From the NCBI GenBank assembly GCA_023213395.1, contig CM041465.1, positions 153,829,741 through 153,893,740 of the forward strand: a stretch of DNA of 64,000 bases, given 5' to 3'. Below the pieces are notes generated by a model, which did no database searches, had not been told where the DNA came from, and worked only from the letters and a program-made list of their open reading frames with translations. The position numbers and the translations under genes were made by a program. Below are positions 50,726-64,000 of this stretch, one piece after another. Origin of the DNA: Cycas panzhihuaensis. Its lineage: Eukaryota > Plantae > Cycadophyta. Numbering within the stretch: position 1 is the first letter of the stretch; each line of letters starts with the position of its first letter.

Positions 50726-53700
50726 TGTGGCCTCCCTTGTACTCTTAGTAATAACCTAAGGATTCATATGCCTTTAACATAACCTTCCATGGATTTTACA
50801 TGCACCGATGTAGCCTATTATACCATAATATAACTTTAGTATAACTCGAACATTTATCATTACTTTATAATAATGAAATTCTTTACATGATGAGTGAATA
50901 CATACTTGAGTAGGCATATATAGAGAACCTTTCTTCAAACACGTTAACATCATCTCATAAAACTTTTAATTCCAACATATATATACTTGAGTGGCTCTTA
51001 GAGATTTCACAAATCTCACTATGGCCTTAATATTTCCTCAGTGTTTCCCTGGTTCACATATAACTTCACATACTAAATACTTCATATGTAGTTTCTAAAA
51101 CATCATATGCTTCAACTTGGCCTATACATATATTGATGCATCTTTTAATATCTTTAAATGGTTATTAAATCCTTATAAATTAGCTTCACTTCATTTAGAA
51201 AAAATTATACATTTTGAATAAGTTTGGCTCCTTGCTTAAAAAGTATATAAATGTAGCCTTCATGATAGCTTACCTATGACTTCCATACCAAATATGACCT
51301 CACACCTACTTTATACCTCTCTTAATTATATTTATCTTTTGAAAAACATATCTATAAGACTAATCTTCTTAATTTTATTATGAGGTACTATGTTAACATC
51401 ATTACAGGGTAATACTTGAGTGTGATAGTATTCAAATTCATCATCATCATTATGCATTGCCTTCTTTATGTCCTTATTTTCAAACTAATAATTTTTCTAT
51501 ATATAGCCAACCTTCTTGTAGCATTTATATTTTTTAGAGAATTTATGTTTTCTCTTCTCTTACTTACTTTAGATTTCTACGTATTTTTATCTATCTTTGT
51601 ACCTCCTTTCCCTTTTATCTTTATAAATAAGTTATGATTCAATTCTAAATTGCCAAGAATGTTATGATAGTTTAACTTGGCATCTTTAGTTAGGATGAGA
51701 GTTTTTAGATTATTAAAGGTCATTCTTTCCATAATGTTATCCTTCGCATGAATTATCTAAAATATCCTAAATGAAGCCAACAATCTTAACATAATGATAA
51801 TAAATAATAGCTTATTATTAATTGAATTCTCCCTTATCTCTTCTATCTTATTCTTTAAATCCATTATTTCATTTAGATAGGTACTAATATTTTTTTCATA
51901 TTTAAGAGTAGCATTTAATGACTCTATCATTAAAGTAATCATGTAATTTATTTTCTTCTTCTTGAATGTGTCATATATTTTTATCCATATCATGTTAAAT
52001 GTACCCAGGTTCTAAACGAGGGCTCTCTAATATATAGCAAATGATAGTTTTAAGAACCAAATACCCATAAACCATTTTTATTCAAGGTGGTTTCTCCCAT
52101 TTCCATCTATAGGTATTATGTATTAGAATATGGAATATTATCACATATTTAATGTTGAATATAATAATTATGGACCCATATAAATTTTCACTCACCAAAA
52201 GTATTAATAAATGTGATGTGTATAATTATTCATGTGCACATCATGTTGGATGATGAAATGACTCAAGAGATACTGTAAACTATTCATGAGATGATTATTC
52301 ATATAAATATGTATACATACGACTTGAGAACTTGAGAAAGGGTTGAGAGAGGAAGGATTCACTTAGAGATGTAATTCATTTAATATCATTAAGATTATAT
52401 CCCAACTTTAACCTTATCCCTTAGTTTTTTCCACATAAGATTTTTTAGGTATAAATGTATTATTTATCCTATGGTGTATATTTGATATGATTGTACTTTA
52501 TATTTCATGTTACTACTTTATATATTGATCTTATAATAAATGAATTATGTACATTCCTCATGATATATTTAATCCATTATACATATTTGATATAATTCCA
52601 ATGCATATAATAAATGCATTACAATATGATATTAGAGTTAGATTCTAAATTCTTAAATGATATCAGAGCCATATTGTGAAAGAACTTATGAAGTAGATTG
52701 AAGTCTATATAGGAGCTAATTTAAGGTGTGTTCTGATGAGCTAAAAGCAAATTATGTTAGTTATACCAATGACATGTAACTGAGATTCCAGAGTTAGTTG
52801 ATGTTAATGAAGAAACTCCTATAAAAATGATGAAAGTCATATACATGAGATAAAATAATAGTACTAATGGTATGTTGATGTTGAATTTATTATATATATG
52901 TAGATTCTTATTCTATAAATATGCAAGTATTAAATATGTCCCTTAGACATAATAAAGAAGATAAAATATTATTGTAAATGAGCTCATATATATAAATTGA
53001 TCCCTTATAGATGTAATTGAGGTCTTATGAAACCAGTCATTTCACTAAACATCATAACTAATAATAGCAAAATAGATACGTATTATTGATGATATATCTC
53101 TTACATAGTTTTCATTCATGTAATTTTTTGTCCACTTTAGTTTGTGTATTTTATTCTAGTTAATGGTAATTTTGTAGTAATTTTTGTTATTAAGAGATGT
53201 GCAAAAACATAAATATGAATATGTTATAAAGATAGAATAAATAAGATGAAACACAGCATGATAAATTGACAAAGTAATTCTATTAATAAAAAAAGACTTA
53301 TCTAGAGTAATATGAGATAAACCTTTAAAGGTATGTTGAGGTATTATGATAATGTGGTGAAATTAAAGGGCATATATGAAGTGGAATGGTGATAAGTATT
53401 TAACAATAAATATGAAGGCATATAGATATAATGAAATGATTCTATGGTAAAATTTTAATTATATGATAAATTAAGTACTCCTAGGCACAATGATGAAATT
53501 ATGAAAAAGGGGCATGTTAAAGTTTGATAATAATGATTTGCATGAATGATGGAATAAGATTGATAAGATATTTTATGAAAAATGAAGGCATATTTATGCA
53601 GGTAAATTGAGATAAATATTTGAAGGTATAATGAGTTGATGGCGTTGCATGATGCACCTTATTTTATTTCATATTAGGTTTGATAAGTGTATATGAAATA

Positions 53701-56700
53701 AATGTTGCATGAGCCTCTTATTATTGAATGCATATTAGGGTTTGAAGAAGATATTTTGATTTGCATAATAAATTTTAGTTGTGAAACCCTAATTGTGACT
53801 ACATGTTTATGGTGATATGTCATGTGAAGATTTATTTACATCTCATGTAGATCTTTGTATGTCCTATTATACTTATAAATATGCCCAATAAAGATACTTC
53901 CAACATATGCATATGAGGATTATCTTATACCATACTAAAGAGTTACTTAAAGTGTCTATGTGTGAGATCCTTATAATGGAAAATATAAGAGTGTAAGTCT
54001 ATTAATGGATGCCATACCCTAATATGTTATTTACCTACCCTACATACAGATGTATACTACCTATTATGGTGGATAGTTAAAAGTCTTCATATAACAAATT
54101 GTGATGATGCCCTACCACCTGTTTCAAGTCCAGTTAGAAGAGGAAATACATTTTGTTAAAAAAACCTATCGCATTGATGGTGTAATACTTAGATGAGATC
54201 ATTGAAGCATACGATAGTCACAACATATAATTGATGGATGACACGATGTGGATATAGGTGACATCAGAGATGTCCATATCATCGTTTCATATGCATATGT
54301 TAGTAATACAAAATTTAGAGAGAGGAATGTAAGGATAAGGGTAGATCTAGATGCACTCAATGCTTAGTAAGGCATGGGATGGTGTTACTGTAGAGAAATT
54401 TTGTGGACTAGTCACCACCAAATACCCTTTATTATGATATCAATGACAACATCTTTTATGAAATATAGAGGCAAATAAATTTATCATATTAATTAAAATC
54501 CATCAATATTTAAATGTTTACCATTAATATATGCCTAATTCATTGTAGTACAAAGATTAGTAGGATGATTTTTTTATAAACATAAGAAAAATCACATGTG
54601 ATTTAAAAAATTAAATTAAATTTAATAATGATTTAAATTTTGGATGTGAGGAAATCTCCAAAAATTAATTAAATAAATTTAACTATGTTTGATAAATTTT
54701 CAAGTCCATACATTAGTTCCCTTCATCTTAGTACATGATCATATGAACCTGACTATGCAACCAATAACCTAGATAAAAGGGGATAAAGTGATTTTATTTA
54801 GCAACGCATAAATTTTTAGGACATATCAACACTATGTTACTTATAGCCTTTCACTAAGATGTTAGATTTAGGTGTCATTAGTTGCATTAAAAAGAGAATT
54901 TTAAGATGGTCAAAACAAGTGGCTACAAGGCATATTTTAGAGATTAAGTGGTAGAGATTCTAATTATTAAATTTAAGTAAAGTAATTTTGACTTCATAAA
55001 AGTTATATTTTACGATCTTTCTTAGATCTATTTTAGGATTTGTAATGTTTCTAAGACTCTAGAGATCATGATAATGAGTCTAATAATAGTAAATAAAAGA
55101 GAAAGGAAGTTTTGTTTAAAATAATGATATTAAAATCTCATTAATAATATTTTAAGGTTCAAAATTAATGAAAAGTTAATGATGTAGGATATATTTGAAG
55201 TGAATTTAATGTGGATATCTTATATATATGGGACATATAAAATCCCCCATTGGTATTTATCTCATTTGGTTTAGTATTACATAATACTAATTAAGTAATA
55301 AATTCATCTAGTTTATTAAACACCTATTTGAATAAATGAATAATTATTAACACCACCTAATATTAATAAAGGACCTAATATTTATTTGTTTATTAGAGAA
55401 ATAAGTTGATATGATGATTTAATGATATCTTCCACCTATTTATAAGACACATAGAATAAAGAGAAGTCTTATATGTGCTGATTACTTAGCAAACCAAACT
55501 TAGTTATTAAGGTTGTCTAATTGATATATAAAATATATCTATTAATGAGAACTTTGACTTATCATATTTAAAAAGAGGTACAAGAATATATTATTTATCT
55601 TACCTTATTATAACTAACTTAACTTGGCTAAGTGGTACATCCTATTCTTAGAGTTAGTATGTTAGGATGATTAATTTATTGATGTTGATGAGTTATTTAT
55701 TAATTACTGAAAAAAGTTGCTAATGTATATAGAATATATGTAGATGCACCAATGAAGGCAACTTATAAGTTATTTAGTCATACCTAAGAGGTAAGACAAA
55801 TAAGGCTACTATTATATAACAAATAGATTATGTTGTTATTCTCATATGTAAGAGGCAAGAGATTTTATACTTCTCTTATAATAATATTTTGCTTAATAAC
55901 TAATTATAAATTCTATTTATTTATGAAATGCATATAAGAAATACATCCTATAGAATTAGAAATTATAGTGGTTACTTACCTATATATTTTAGTAGATGGT
56001 TATTATTTTATATAGATATCAATAATTGTTTTGGTTTTATTTAGATGGTAGATTGATAGTGTTGATGATTGATCATAGCTTTACAAGTAAAGATGTAAAA
56101 TTATTTAGTAAAGCACTTCATATAAATATGATAGTGAGAATTATATATATTGGTTGACATTTGATTTATTGATTGATGATAATTATACAAGTATTTTACA
56201 AGTTGGTTGCTCATAGTTAGTCACTAATGATCATAGATGACTATATATAGTTTATAAGTTAATGCTTATGGGAAATAAGTATAGTGTTGACAAATTTATA
56301 GGTTATAGATGATACAACATAATACAATTTGATACAAGTTAATATAGGTTATACTTTTATAAATTCTAGCATTTAGGAAGATATAAAGATATGAAAGTTT
56401 AAAACATTGAAGACATTAAACATTAAGAGGGAGTGTTGAAATATATGAGATTATCATATATGTAATGTTTTATGTAATAACTGTGGATCCACATAAAATC
56501 TCACTTATTAAAAGCATTAATAGATGTGATATGCATAATTATTTACGTATACATCCTGCTAGATGGTGAAAGAACTTAAGAGATATTATAGGCTATTTAT
56601 GAGATAACTATTTATATAAATATATACATACACCACTTGAGAGCTTAAGAAAAGATCAAGAGAGAAAGGACTTACTTAGAGATGTAATTCATTTGATATC

Positions 56701-58818
56701 ATTAAGAGGAGATTCCAACTCCAACTTTCTCTTGTGATTTTTGTTATATTAAATTTTTCATATATAAATTTATTGTTTATCTTGTAGTGTATATTTGATA
56801 TGATTATACTTTATATTTCATATTATTACTTTATATGTTCATCTTATAATACATGAATTATATATATTTCTCATGATATATGTGATTTATTATACATGTT
56901 TGATATACTTCTATTTCACATAATAAGTACATTATAATATGGTATTATAGTTAAATTCTAAATTCTTACATTATAATCAATTCATCTTTGGTGATTTTCT
57001 GTAATTAATTCACCATTAAAGTGATCTTCATATTTATTTTTTATTCATAGTAGTTATTTCTATTAAATGTTATAATTGGAAACCTTTATATGGTCACAAC
57101 TCTATTAAATGAATGAGAAATAAATTTCTTGCAACATTATATTCTCCTTAGATCACATTATTTCCATAACTTTCTTGTTACAAATATCAATTTGACATAT
57201 GAATACCCCTTTAAATATGGCCCACACACTTCAAGTGTGTTTGTTAGGCTTTATACTACCTCTAATCGATCTTCCATGACCTCTACATTTATTAACATGC
57301 CTTGAAAGCATTTCAACAATCTCTTATTCTCTTTAAATATCCTTAATATAAATTGAATGCATTTTTATGGACTCATGAGCTTTGTATTATTCAAATTACT
57401 CGATATTCATACTTTAAATGAACCTTTACATAACTTATGTAAACTCATACTACTAGTAAATACATGCACTCAATTTGTATTAATCTCACATGATATTTAT
57501 TCACTTAGTATTATTTCAAATGTCACTTACCAACACTTCTCAATGTTGCATCATGTTCATACCATTCACTACATAGTGCAAGTCACTGATTTCAAATTAG
57601 TATCACACAACTTTATGTTGACTACTCTCTCTAAAATAGTACTCTACAACTTAGATATTGATTATGTTGCTTCTCTATAATTAAATTCTTGCTTGAATAT
57701 AATTGCTTGTGCTTAATATTAATACTTCATTATGTACCACTAACTTTACAATAATGCTCTTTAATACTTTATAATGTGCCATACTAATCTTTGAATGGAC
57801 TTTATTAAATGTTTCACCAATATACCAAAATATAAAACAAACATAATATGACCATGTGTTCATCTTTATTGCTCCATAATTTTACATGGTATCTAATTAC
57901 ATCAGTAATGTAGCATAAGTTTCACATGATACTTCACTAATCTTCGAATGGCCCTCAATTATTTTGATAAACCTTTTTAGATTTCTCAATAATATATTAT
58001 AATTTTCCAATGAACTCACCATCATCAAACCATTCAAGAAATGATTTTATAAGCTTTAAATGATCTCTAATGATTATATCACTTATATTATAACCTTTTA
58101 AAGGTCATTCCATTCTTAAATCATTTTATTTTTGAAATTTTGGGTGTTTGTTCTCTTTACGAGCAATCACATTTTTTTATATCATGCTTCATGCACCTTT
58201 TGAGCTCCTTTAATGTTTTCACTTAAAATATGATTTTAATGTACTACACCATATTATTCCATGACCACTTCTTATCTTAGGATGTCTCCATAATCACCTT
58301 CTTTTCCTCTTGTTTCATCTCTAACTACCTCTATTTCAAATCGAAGAATTGATATTTCATCATCTCTGGCATCCTTAGATTGAGTTGCATCTTTGAGAGC
58401 ATCCTCATTTTATTGTAATGTGACCTACTTTATACTCAATAAAGGAGCTTCCAATGACATACCTTCTCTGAGATAAGAAACCTACTTTTTAAACTCCCCT
58501 TACTTTGACTTATGCCTCCTCTAAATTCTCTTTTAGAGGTAGTATGCCAATGTCTTCTAAGTCATTAGAAGAGTCCTCTTTAATACTAATTTCCAAGCTT
58601 CAACATATAGTAGATGAAAGTGGAAAAAGTATTTCGATCATCTATAAAGAAGTTAAAAGTTAAGAGAGTAGTCCCATATAATAACAATGCCAAATATTTT
58701 ATTGCATTATGATACTTATCTTTCTTGATGCACATGAAGAGTTCATTCATGCTTAGATTCTTTAAGTTTATCTCCATTATCTTCTTCCTTAATATATATA
58801 AAGATATTAAGCTATCTT
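50726..58818 (-). mobile_element. ~3.7 kb dispersed repeat, copy 2 (split by a 4.85 kb insertion, cut at right)
   Basis: Same TGTGGC start and colinear with 34815-38191; gag ORF 51757-51993 matches ORF 35956-36195. Confidence 0.8.
52121..56970 (+). mobile_element. Non-autonomous/decayed Copia-type element with 537-bp LTRs
   Basis: LTRs 52121-52657 and 56434-56970. PBS TGATATCAGAGCC (Met-i) 52658-52670. PPT AAGAGGGAG. TSD ttatg/ttata; empty site visible at ~36295. No long ORF in the 3.76 kb interior. Confidence 0.92.
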
Positions 58819-59660
58819 TATTAGAAACCATAGACAAATAGATCATTTATGTACACTACAAGAAAGAAATGAACAAGCACACAAAGTAGAATTGATGTTA
58901 GAAACCTTTTATTAAAAAGCCACCAAAAAAATATTAATTACATTGGTATAAAAATGCAATATATAGAGGATTTTGAAGCCCTTTAAATAGAGCCATAAGT
59001 GTCTCACGTATTATATCTATTAGCCCACATAATAATAAATTATACCATAATATTCACATAATATATTTACCACATTAATATTAGTTAGGTTAAGTGGATA
59101 AGATACCACTTTAGCATATCCCCTTAATATAAATATAAGATCTTGAAATCTTCCTAGGGTTTGAACTATCCTTTGTCTTTATCCTTGTTGACATATCCTC
59201 CCTCAAGGATAACTTTACTAAGTCCCAAATTTATAAGAATCTTGATGAAGTGGTATTTAGTAAGAGTTTTGATAAATATATCCATAAGTTATTCTTCACT
59301 TAAATAAAATTCAACTTGTGACTTCCCTGATTTGATTTGGTCATGGATATATTGGTGTTAGATATCAATGTGCTTCATACGTGGGTGAAGTTTTAGATTC
59401 TTTGAAAGTTAAAGAACACTCTGATTATTCATATGTATAATAGGTGTACTAGAACATGTTCCAAGAGTCTATAAAAGTTCCTACAACTATATGACTTCCT
59501 CCCTCGGACTCATACTTAGTCCTTAGTATTTAGCCTTTGTAGAAGATAATAAAATAATGATTTACTTTGTGGATTACCATGATATAAAGTCATTACCAAT
59601 ATAAAAAATGTTAAAACTTTCTAATACCTCCTCTATTTCTTCACATCTTTATAATATAAT
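58819..59660 (-). mobile_element. 3' end of a Copia (candidate ~300 bp LTR, PPT, RNase H), cut by the next insertion
   Basis: Minus-strand LSSTKAKY, NQSVL..SKNLKLHPRMKHIDI..H, MEYIYQNS. TCCCCTT tract at ~59118. Partner LTR not in the window. Confidence 0.75.
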
Positions 59661-59665
59661 ATTTA

Positions 59666-62600
59666 TGTTATACTAATGGACCCCTAATGTAATTAAATCA
59701 CATTTGATAGTGAGGTCAGGTCCACCTCTTATGCCATTAAGTTAGCGAATCAAATTATATTGTAATGTTGGTGGATGGCTATAAATAATACCCCACATCC
59801 TTACACATCATATTGACTTGATTTAAATGAGAAAATTCTACTCGAAAGAGAGCCTACAGTTTGATGAATTCACTTGTAACCTTTCTAGTCTATTAGCCTT
59901 ATTTATTTTCATATTTCCTTGAATATTCCAATCATTTTACTGGATATACTTAGAAAATTACACATGTATTAAGATTCTAACATTTTAGTTGTGGCATCAT
60001 AGTTAGGTTGTGCTTGATTTGAAGTATTTCTTATGATCTAAAGTTTGTTTGCTTTATTTCTTTTATATTTTTGGCAAAAACTCTAAATTTTGTGTAGTGC
60101 TAGAGTAAAAATATAGCTAGTTGTAGTTGATTACAGTCTCTTGCAATAGATTATTTGCCTATTTGCACTCATCTAGGGTTTTGATCAAAGTTTCTTAAAG
60201 AAATAAATGAAAATTCATGTTTTTCATTCATTACAACCCTACTATTGATTATTTTTACTTAATGGAACTTCTTTAGTGCTTATTGTAGCCTTGCACTTGG
60301 TCTTACTACCTGTCAAAGGGGATTTGAGGCATTTTTAGGGTCTATCTAGATTCATTTCTCTCTATCTAGTTTTCACAAAACCCTAGACTTTGGTAGAGTT
60401 ATTCTCTTAATATGGAGTTTCTTTCTAAGTTTCATCATCTTTAGTAGCTTCCTCTATGTTCTACATCCCCCACTCTATGTTTTCACATCATTTGGCATGG
60501 TTACTAAGCTCCTAAAGCTCCACAGGAGGTGCACGCCTTATGCGCAGGTTGTGCGATTAAGAAACTTAAATAAACATTGAAAATTTTCAATACTTTTATC
60601 ATATATTTAATTTTTAATCATATGATACTAAATTGGATTATAATTTATAACTAAAATCCACCTAAAGCTTCTTTGTTTAGTCACATTCAGCCCTCATATG
60701 ACCTCTTTATATAACTTAAAGTGTAAACTTCAAATTTTATTTAACTAGATTTGATCATTTTTTATTTTGGAATCACTTAGCTCTTTTTAATAATATTTCA
60801 AGTTCGCTAGCACCCTAGTGGTATTAGTAGGTGGACATGTGCAACCTATAGGTGATCAGAGGTCTATTTAGAGGGGGCTTAACCCTATTTTTCACTTATT
60901 TTTTAGGCATAAATAGGTACTTGTACTATTTCTATGATATCTCCTCAATTGTATGTATGTTTTGTGAACCATTTAGATCATCAAAAAGTAGATTCAAATC
61001 TCTACAACCTAGAATCAAATTAAGCCAAATTTGGAGCTAATTTATAGGAGATATTAACTACTTAATTTGGTATTTATGATTAAGTTATTTGAGCTTTATT
61101 TTTCAAGTTTTGAAGGTTTTTGTAATTTCTTTGATGTTCTTTTTCTAGATTAGGTTGTAGCTTATCTTTTTTAGCTATCCAATTCTAATTTTTTAGGCTA
61201 ATTAGAGCATGGTGATGTTTCTTGTATAGGTGTTGCTCTTGGAAGGTTGAAGAAGTTTACTCTTAAAGCTTAGCCTATCAAAGAGCTTTCTAAACCTACC
61301 CTTGTCATTTTAATTTACTTTATTTCATCTTCATTTCAAAGGAACCTATTGTGTATAAGAAACTCACTTAAAAAATTAAATTTTCACATTAAAAAGATAA
61401 ATCTTGAATTGAACCCCCATTTCTAGCCTTGTAAGGGGAACAATTAAGACCCCTAAAGTTACCACCATGTACATACCCTTGGCCTACTTATATTGGATGA
61501 AGAATATCATTAACTATCAAGTGTATTAGGTAGTAGGCTAAAGTAGAGGCCCTATCCTTTAGAGTTTAGAGACTAAGCTAGACCTAGGGGGTGAGTGTCT
61601 TAGTTAGTAAGTTCTCACAACTAGATCTATTGTTGGGTATAAGTCCAGCATGTGTGGGAAAAAAAATCATAGGGGGTCTTAGGACCTTCCTTTCAACCCA
61701 TGTATTGAGGTATATAGATCCCTTAAGACCATGTAAAGGTATATTAGGTATGTAGTTTACCACTTGTAAGCAGACGCCATTAGACAGGATAGTAACTGAG
61801 AACTTTATTAGAGATCCTTAGCGTTAGAATTCTAGATTAGAAACCACTTAAGAAGATTGGTACCTTATTACACAAAAACTTTAAACACATAAAATCAAAT
61901 ACAAAAACCTTTCAAACATGGCATCATAAATGCTCCTTTCAAACACCATTAAGCTTACTGGGATAAACAACTTTATACCATAGAAGAAGTAAGTTAAAAC
62001 TTGGTTATCATGAATGAATTTTTGGCCTATATTAATGGGGACATACCCCTTTCTATTCATATACGGGACCCTAATGATTCCACTAAAATAATCCCATCAG
62101 ATATTGTAGCCTTAACAAACTTCAAAGCTAAGGACAACATAGCATTATCCTTCCTCCACTTGGTAGTTGAAGACCAAGTGGATCAAAACATTGATATCGC
62201 CTAAGCATCTCATTAGGCATGGAGTATACTTTTTGCCCTCTATGAGAAAAAAGATGAATCTAGATCTTTAATACTTAAAGCCTATCTATTTACTATGCCC
62301 TTTTCCAAAAATATTACCAACTATTTGATTGAAGTAAAAATAACATGAAAATAATTTGATTATCCTTGGTGAGCCACCTTCCAATCATGACTTGATTTCT
62401 AACACCATTAACATTCTTCCTATTGAATACAACTCCTCTATATCCAAGATACATAAGAATTACTATAAGATAGATTTTATAACCTTTGAGGGACTCTTAC
62501 TTCAAGAGGAGAATATACTCAACTAACTAGGGGTGAAATCAACATTTGAATAAGCTTCTACCTTTACAGCTTGAAACCCAGAAAAGAGCAAGATTGTTAA

Positions 62601-64000
62601 TAGAGCAGCCTAACAGCTTAGTCAACAAAAGGACCTAGATTAATTCTTGGACTCTCTATATATATCATAAGAGTCATATCAATAACCAACTCGGTAATAA
62701 CTTGTTAGTACCTCCTCTTCCTCTTATCTAACTTAGTAGTCTTAGCATCAGCCACAGGGACAATCTCGAAAGAATTAGCATGGCAAACCAAATGTCAGCT
62801 ATCTCTACTATGGAAAAATTGGATATCTAGCTATTGAATGTAAGAGATAATAGGCTAATTTAGAACTATTACAAAACCAAAGGAGCTAAGCATATGGGCT
62901 ATACTATTAATAACCACCCCCCATTTATCAGTAAGGAGCACCCTCATATAATCAAGGAGGTCCTAGTTACACTTAATAAAGACATGAAGTTTCTTATCAA
63001 CAAGGAGGACCATACCCTCCTTAAGGAGCACCCTTTCCATAATAATAAGACCTTATTTTTCTATAAGAAGGCCTTTATTATTAACAACGTGATTTTGTTC
63101 AATAATAAGGAGATCCTATTTTGTAATAAGGAGGCCCTTATTACTAACAAGGTGATTATATTCAATAATAAGGAGACCCTTTCAACCCATAAGGGGGGCC
63201 ATTATATCCAACTCAAGGCCAATTCTATCAATAGAATTAGAATCCAAGACCCACACAAGGATAAATACCTCAAAATAGGAAATAATTTTTAAATAGAAAT
63301 TAAAGGAACTAATAGAATAATCAATAATAAGGTGGAAATATAGGAGATGACCAAGACTCCTCCTCTCATAATCTATTTTTTATAGCACTATCCTTACAAC
63401 TTAATGAGACCACATGGCTCCTTGATTCCCTTGTAATGAGACACATGATAGGTTTAGAAAAGATGTTGGAAGAGACCTAACTAATCAATGCTCAAATAGT
63501 CATATTTGGGGACAACTTGAATTACAATATGACCATTATTGGTAAGGAACCAATAACAATGAAGGAATCCAATATTAGACACTATATAAGCAATGTGTTC
63601 CTTGTACCTAGTATGAAGATGAACCTACTTTCTATTAGTCAAATGGATAAGTAGAACTTAGATGTCCTCTTTATCTAGGGAATTTACAAAATTATAGACC
63701 ATTCTATAGGTAAACTTGTGGCTATAGGACATGAAGATGATGACTTATATAAGCTGGATGAAGTCCCCTGTGCCACTACTCCATAACATGAATTTTATTC
63801 CATGGCTAACTTAACTTAATCTAATAAGGGGAAGGATGTAATTAATAAAGAGTCCACTTACATATGAGAACCTAGAGAATGCTCCCACTCAAATGATGAT
63901 GTTATCAAAAATAACTCTAAAGACCACCTATGGTATTAATGCCTAGGTCATTTGAACACGCAAAGCTTGAACCTCATGTCTAGGCTAAGAATAATATATG
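59666..64000 (+). mobile_element. 5' part of a Copia element (candidate ~2.2 kb LTR/leader, gag, protease, GAG-pre-integrase), running off the window
   Basis: IKLTGINNF..; KAKDNIALSFL; LLLQEE; YYGKIGYLAIEC; TWLLDS..RHM; NLLSISQM; HLWY*CLGHLN. The LTR boundary is inferred only from the interruption of the previous element. Confidence 0.75.
62880..63230 (+). repeat. Coding tandem repeat (QQGGP-like; 63-bp higher-order unit) within gag
   Basis: [C/T]AA[C/T]AAGGAGG.CC recurs; 63064-63126 resembles 63127-63189. Confidence 0.75.

Overview
AT-rich plant nuclear DNA, probably from a large seed-plant genome (gymnosperm-like; inferred, not demonstrable here). It holds one intact host gene, a two-exon group-2 pectin methylesterase (TM-PMEI-PME, 603 aa, minus strand, 29777-31705), in a ~3 kb CpG-retaining island. 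Most of the rest is old, nested LTR retrotransposon debris with heavy C->T decay. Left of the gene: an internally deleted Copia (2843-6399), and a gag-only element with ~2.7 kb LTRs (~7613-25705) that hosts a full-length non-chromovirus Gypsy (10409-20971). Right of the gene: a large minus-strand Ogre/Tat-like element (from ~33455) carrying several further insertions (33857-40024, 34815-38498, 42950-48174, 50726-58818, 52121-56970), then further Copia fragments to the window end. The most unusual signal is that two different long repeat families carry collapsed Copia polyprotein relics inside LTR or LTR-like sequence, with the same deletions in both copies. All alignments were done by eye, and boundaries marked ~ are approximate.
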